Below are positions 56,601 through 62,600 of a stretch of 64,000 nt of DNA, piece by piece (positions within the stretch are counted from its first letter, which is position 1; the number at the start of each line of letters is the position of its first letter). The position numbers and the translations under genes are program-made. Origin of the DNA: a virus; IMG/VR virus record IMGVR_UViG_3300031787_000075, positions 9,533-73,532 of that record. One strand, given 5' to 3'. Under the pieces are notes generated by a model. That model saw only the letters and a list, made by a program, of their open reading frames with translations. It did no database searches and was not told the DNA's origin.

Positions 56601-59600
56601 CAGATCTAGGCGCTGACTTGTCTGACCAAATAAACCTTTCAAAATTAGTGTGTATTGCAGGATACAAAAATACAGCATTACTCCTGTTTCCAACCCTGAA
56701 AATTCTACCCTCCGGCTGAATAGCATCGTTACTCATAATAGGAATACCTAGGTTTATCTCAACCCTTTGAGCGTTTCCTAATTGGTCATGTAAGTCAATA
56801 CCGGCTTTACCCGCTTCCTTTTGAACTATAATGATGTTTTTATTAGCGCTTTCGTTAAACTCATTTATAATTGATAACCTTTTCGACTTGCTTACGCTTC
56901 CGTTAAATACCAATGATTGAGAAGGGAAATTGCTAGTGATGGTGGCAATAGGGTTTACCAATCCTGTCATATCCAAATTATAAAACTCTGGATACTTTTG
57001 ATTAAACTCCTTTATCTTGGTTTGAATCTGTTGAATCCTTGCCATTGCGCCTTCATGTGAACCAGCTGCTTTGGCAATTTCTTCTGCAGTAAAATGAAAT
57101 GGATGGCTTGGTGCACCTTCATTGTAGTTATGGAATATTACAATTTTCTTGTTTTGGCTTAATAGCTTTTCAATTAAAGGTATTGACATTTTTGCCTTGT
57201 AGGCTTCAAGCAATCTCATGGTGTATAAGAAATTGAACTTTTTAAGCACTAAATCCCTTAGCTTAAATTCATCGCTTTCCAATACTTGAATACCCTTATC
57301 AATCATTCTGCCTATCCCTTGCTCTCCTTCCGGGTCCAAAAACAATATAAAGGTTCTGCTATAATCATATTCAGAATCTAACATTCTAGTGAATAGAACG
57401 CCTTCTGCTTTCAGTTTCTCATGAAACTCTCTTTCCAAGAAGCCTTGGTCAACTCCTCTGCCTCCCGACTTATCCTTTACTTTTCCGTAATCATTTACTC
57501 TCCAGGCAAAGTTTTGGGCCATGAATTGGGTTTGACTTCTCTGCCCATTCTTGTCTTTAGGATAATCAAATAAAAACCCTTCTGCATAATCTAAGGCAGG
57601 GCTAGAAGCAAATGGAGTAGCTGACATGAAAACAACCTTTGTCATGCCCTGCATCCTTTCAGATTCGGCTTCTATTAACTTTTCATAAGCCTTTCTTTCA
57701 GCATTTCTTAGTTCAACCAACTCGTTTAGTCTTGCTCTTTTTTGTGCGACAGTTCTAAGGAAAGAAACAATATCTTCATTTCTGCCAGTTTCCATTTCCT
57801 GTTCCAAAGACTGTATTTCTTCATTTAGTCTTTGTAATTCAGGGCTACCTATTCTTGATTCCGCGATTTTTCTTGTTGTGCTATAATGTTTGGCAGCTAT
57901 CCTTAATGCGTTTACGGCATTGGTACTTTTGCCTTCTTGGCTACTCATGATTTGGTCTGATTCATCGACAACAATCATATCCCAATCCTGATTCTGAACA
58001 TTTTCATTATCCCTGAAATTGGCATGAGTAGTAACCACTAAATTATAACCATCCCCTACATCTTTTGTGTCTTGTAGGTTATAGGCATCCATATTAAACC
58101 ATGATGCCTCATTTACAAACTTATTATTAATAGATTGCTTTGGAGTTAAAACTAAAACCCTTCTTTCTTTTCCGAAATCCTCTCTAACCTCTACCTTTTT
58201 ATCTTCCGATTTTAAGGTGTCGGCAAAATCATTGGCTTCTTTTTCGGATTGAAACCTTCTTACCGGCTTGTTATTTACATAAACCTGAAACCCATCCTGC
58301 CTGCCTTCTTTGATAAACCTTTTTACAATAGCCAAGGCAGTTGAGGTTTTTCCTGTACCAGTTCCATTGGTAAATAAAATACCTTTTTTGCCTTGTGTAA
58401 ACAATGCGTTTTCTGCCCTAAAAACATCTTCCTTTTGAGAGTCTAAGGCAAATGGAACCGTAAAGTTTATGTTCTCTTTATCGGAAACAATAACAGGCAC
58501 AGGTTCGGCAGCTAATTGAAGCGCCTTTTTCTCGTCAAATGTTAGTTTTGGCGAAGGCGTGTTTCCATCGCTTTCCTTGCCTTTTCCTGCTCCTCTTCCG
58601 TCATTCCCGGATTGTCCAGTAGGAGTATTTCCATTGCCTGTTCCACTGTTTCCACCACCGGAATTATTTCCCTGTCCTCCGGATTTACCGCTAGGTGTTC
58701 CTGAACCGCCTCCTGCTCCAGAAGAAGCGCCAGTACCTCCTGAACCGCTTCCTGGAGTACCGGATCCTGAATTGTTGTTAGGCTGATTGCCTTGTTGGTT
58801 TCCACTAGGTCCTGAACCTCCTTGGTCTTTAGTGGGGTCGTCTGTGCCACCCTCTTCATTATCTGCTGTATCATCTTGTTCGGTATTTAATTCTGTGATA
58901 AAATTCTCTACATAAGACCTTACCTGCGCTCTATTGCTCATTTTGTCGGCAATATCATCATCGACACTAATCATTTCAGCGCTGTAAACTTTAACCAAGG
59001 CAGGCAATTTATCGTACAAAACTGTGTCACCAGCTTTGGCTCTTACAACCTCTGCTATCCTTGGAAAATCATAAATGCCTTTTTCAAAAAACTGATTTAT
59101 AAATCTTTTTCCGGCAGCCATTTGCTCCGGAGTTAATTCTTTCTTTAAGAAATCGCTAACGCTGCCTTCAAATAGCTTTTGTTGCGACTCCTCTCCAATT
59201 CTTACATTCTTTTCTTGGTTCCTTATAATATCCAATTGCTTTAAAGCCATTTCGTATCTAGCACGTTTTGGCCTTAATATTTGGTCTAAGGTATTTCCTT
59301 CTACTCCCTCTTTTCTAGCCCTAGATTTTGTATCGTCTAAATCTTTTGAGGCTTCCTTTAATTCCTTTTTAGCAGCAGCAAGAGTTTTTTCATAATCCTT
59401 TCTTATGTCCGACTTTCCGGATTCAGGTCCAGATCCAAATAAATCTGCCTCTCCTAACATATCCAAATCATCCATATTGAAATCATCTAGGTTTAAGTTG
59501 TCGATACTTGGACCTGATTTTTTCTTTGGTTTTGGAGTTGATTTCTTAGCGGAAGGCGCTGTTTTTTCTACAAAAAACTTGTCTTCTATGTTTTTGAAAA

Positions 59601-62600
59601 ATTCTTTTGCTGACAATGTTATGGTTTCAGTATGCTCTGAACCATCTTTAGGTTCTGACATTTCTACGCTAACGAAATTGGTGTTGCCCTCTCTTGGAGT
59701 TGCTATAATCCTATTGTAATATTCGCTTTCAAAAACCTTTCCTTTTGTAGCTTCTAGTATTTCTGTTTCAGGTGCTAATTCAAATGACTGCCATTTTTCT
59801 GCAGGAAGCTTTTCGCTGTAAACCACATATCCGAACCTAGAACCATCGGTTTGTTCAAATCTTAAAAAAGTATCTTCTTTAGGGTATGAACCAATTGTGA
59901 ATGGCCTGTTTCTTAATTCGTATCTATACTCTTTTGATTCTGGAGTTGTTTTTGACTTGTATTCTGATGGCATTATAAAATCAGAATCTTTTAACTTAAC
60001 TGTATTCTCGTATAAGTCTTTGCCTTCTTGGATAGCTTTTTTAATTAATAAATCATCAATATTGTTTGGAAGATTTCCATCATCAATAATACCTGCATAA
60101 CTCATTCCAGACCTATCAGGCTGACCATTTATAATTGTTTGAGGATTACTCATTCTTAATCCAACAACTCTATATTTTTTACCATTTCTTTCTATGATTT
60201 TAATGAAAGACTTGGTATTGTTTTGCCCATCTGTAGTTCTTGGGTCAAACACTTCTTTATATTGAGCAGAATCTTTGTTTGTCCTTTCTTTTGTTCTATT
60301 ACTTACCGCAAAACCATCAAATAAACCAAATACAAATATTTTACTATTAATAGCTTCGTTTACTTCTTGCTTTTCTTCTTCGCCTTTTCCATCACCATCT
60401 TTTTCAACTTTATCGCCAGTTTCTCCCTTGGAGTCAACTCCTTGCTGTTTTTTTCTGTTTTCATCTATTAATTGTTTGATTTTTTTAGCTAATGCAGGTT
60501 CTTTTATTGAGGTTCCTTCTTTTGAAGGATTGAATTTATCTGTGAAATAATGAACAAAACCTCCGAATTGACTTAGGTATTCTCCTTTAAGCCATTCATC
60601 AACCATTTTTTCAACCTCTTCTAAATTGCCTTCTTGTTCCATCCATAACAACATCTCCTCCACCTCTTCGTCACTAAACTCTGAAACAAATTCGTCTATT
60701 TGATTTAGTAAATCAGGGTTTTCAAGACTCTGTCTGTCAATATTGTTTTGTAATTCAATTTGCTTTATCCTTTCATTGATATATGAAGTTGCACCTCCAG
60801 GATTTTCAATAATGAAATCGGTAATTTTCTTAATAACATCTTTTTCGTCTTTTCCGTAAAATACTGATTGTTCATCATCTATCATGAAGCTTACAAATTC
60901 GTCTAAGGATTGGGCACCTGGCCTGCTAGTAAACCAATTTAAAGCATAAGGATTTCCTCTTTTTTTGCCTGTTTCAAAAAGATTTCTATCGGAAAGGCTT
61001 TTAATGCTTTCCATTTTAAATCTTGAACCCTCTAGTTCTTGTGCTAAAAAGTCTGTTTCGTTTTGGGCTTCAAATCTAGGTTTCTTTTTTGGTTTACCCT
61101 GTTTGGCCTTTCTTTCTTCATCCCATGCCTCTTCCTCTGCTTCTTGGACCTCTTGTAGGTAAATCTCGTAAGCATCTTCAACCATCTTCTTTTCATCAGG
61201 TGGCAATGCGTTAAATTCGTCTAGGGTTAATCCTCTTTCCTCTAAAAACTTATCCCTAAAACCTGACATTGCTTTTTGATAAGCTTCATCATTTTCTTGG
61301 CCCAAACCTGTTAGTTCTTGTTTTTGGGCTTCGGGTTCAGGAATTTCAACCTCCATATCCTTAAGCTTGTCCTCAAACCAAACAGAATTTGACTTTACTA
61401 TTTCTAGTTCATTTGGTTCTAATGGCAAACCCATTATGATTTTGTCGGCAATGTCGTTTAACTCTTGTTCAGGATCACCCTCAACCCCTTCGCTGCCTTC
61501 TTCATCTGCTGTCAAAGGCATTGCACCGGCTCCATCACTTGGGCTAGGTGGTGTGCTAGGTGGTGTAACAGGTGGTTCACCTCCCTCTGAAACAGGTGTT
61601 TCAGTTTCTTGTGTTGGCTCGGCAGGAACGCTATCTTTATTTGATTCATCCCTTTTTAATTTATCCAAAAGCATTTGGTCCCTTGTCTTAACAAATGGGG
61701 CAATTGCTTTATATGCGGCATCTCTAACAGCTGTTTGGTTCTCATCGTTCAACGCATCGTAACTTGCTCCAAACATTGACTTGGATTTTGCTCTAACCTC
61801 ATCCCAATACATTTTTGAGTTCATGTTTTGAAGCACAGCAAGTCTTTGCTCTGGAGTCAAATTGGTTTTACCTAATTCTGTGTTCAGCCAATTAGAAGCC
61901 TCTACTTTACCTTTAGGGGAAAATACTTTTGAAGCTATATCTAATGGAATCTCAATTTCAGCTATCTCTCCATCGCCTTTTCTGTAATTAACCTTGTAAG
62001 TCCTGTTTTCTCCCATGTATTTGGCAGATAAACCAACTAATTGCATAGGAACCTGAATAAGCCCTGTTACAGCGGCAGTTTCTTTAAAAAACTCCGGAGT
62101 AAACGAGGTTCCAAATTGCCTATTATACATAAAATCTTCTGCGGCTGCTGCTGCATACTCTTCTATGTTCTCACCTATAATACCATTTAAACCTGTGGCA
62201 TCCTTTAGTTCTTTCAATGTCTTTTGGAAAGAATTAGGATTTAAACCTCCATTCTTTCTTAACATCGTGGCAATTATCATTCTCTTGGCCCACTCGTTAT
62301 TTCTAGCCAATGTCTTTACAAGCTGTTCCGAAACCTCTCCACCTAATGCTCCTCCAATTCTTTCACTTAAGTTCTCTTTAAGGTTGTCTAGGAAAGCATA
62401 AGCAAAAGCTTCAACTGGGTCCATTCCTTTGCCTGTTTTTTGGCCCAACAAGTCGTATTGAGAGCGGTCCAATATAGCCACCATCTCGTCTATTCCTACG
62501 ACATCATTTCCTGCTGTTTTCTGTTTATCGGCATCGACATCCATCCCAAAGGCAAATTTGACCTCCGGGTTCATGTGTTCTACAAATGACTTACCCCACT

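Noticed and set aside
61512-61649. Another +1-frame ORF (45 aa) in the Pro-rich linker of the giant gene
   Set aside because: The His/Leu-rich product is what poly-Pro/Thr codons give by default, and no promoter was seen.
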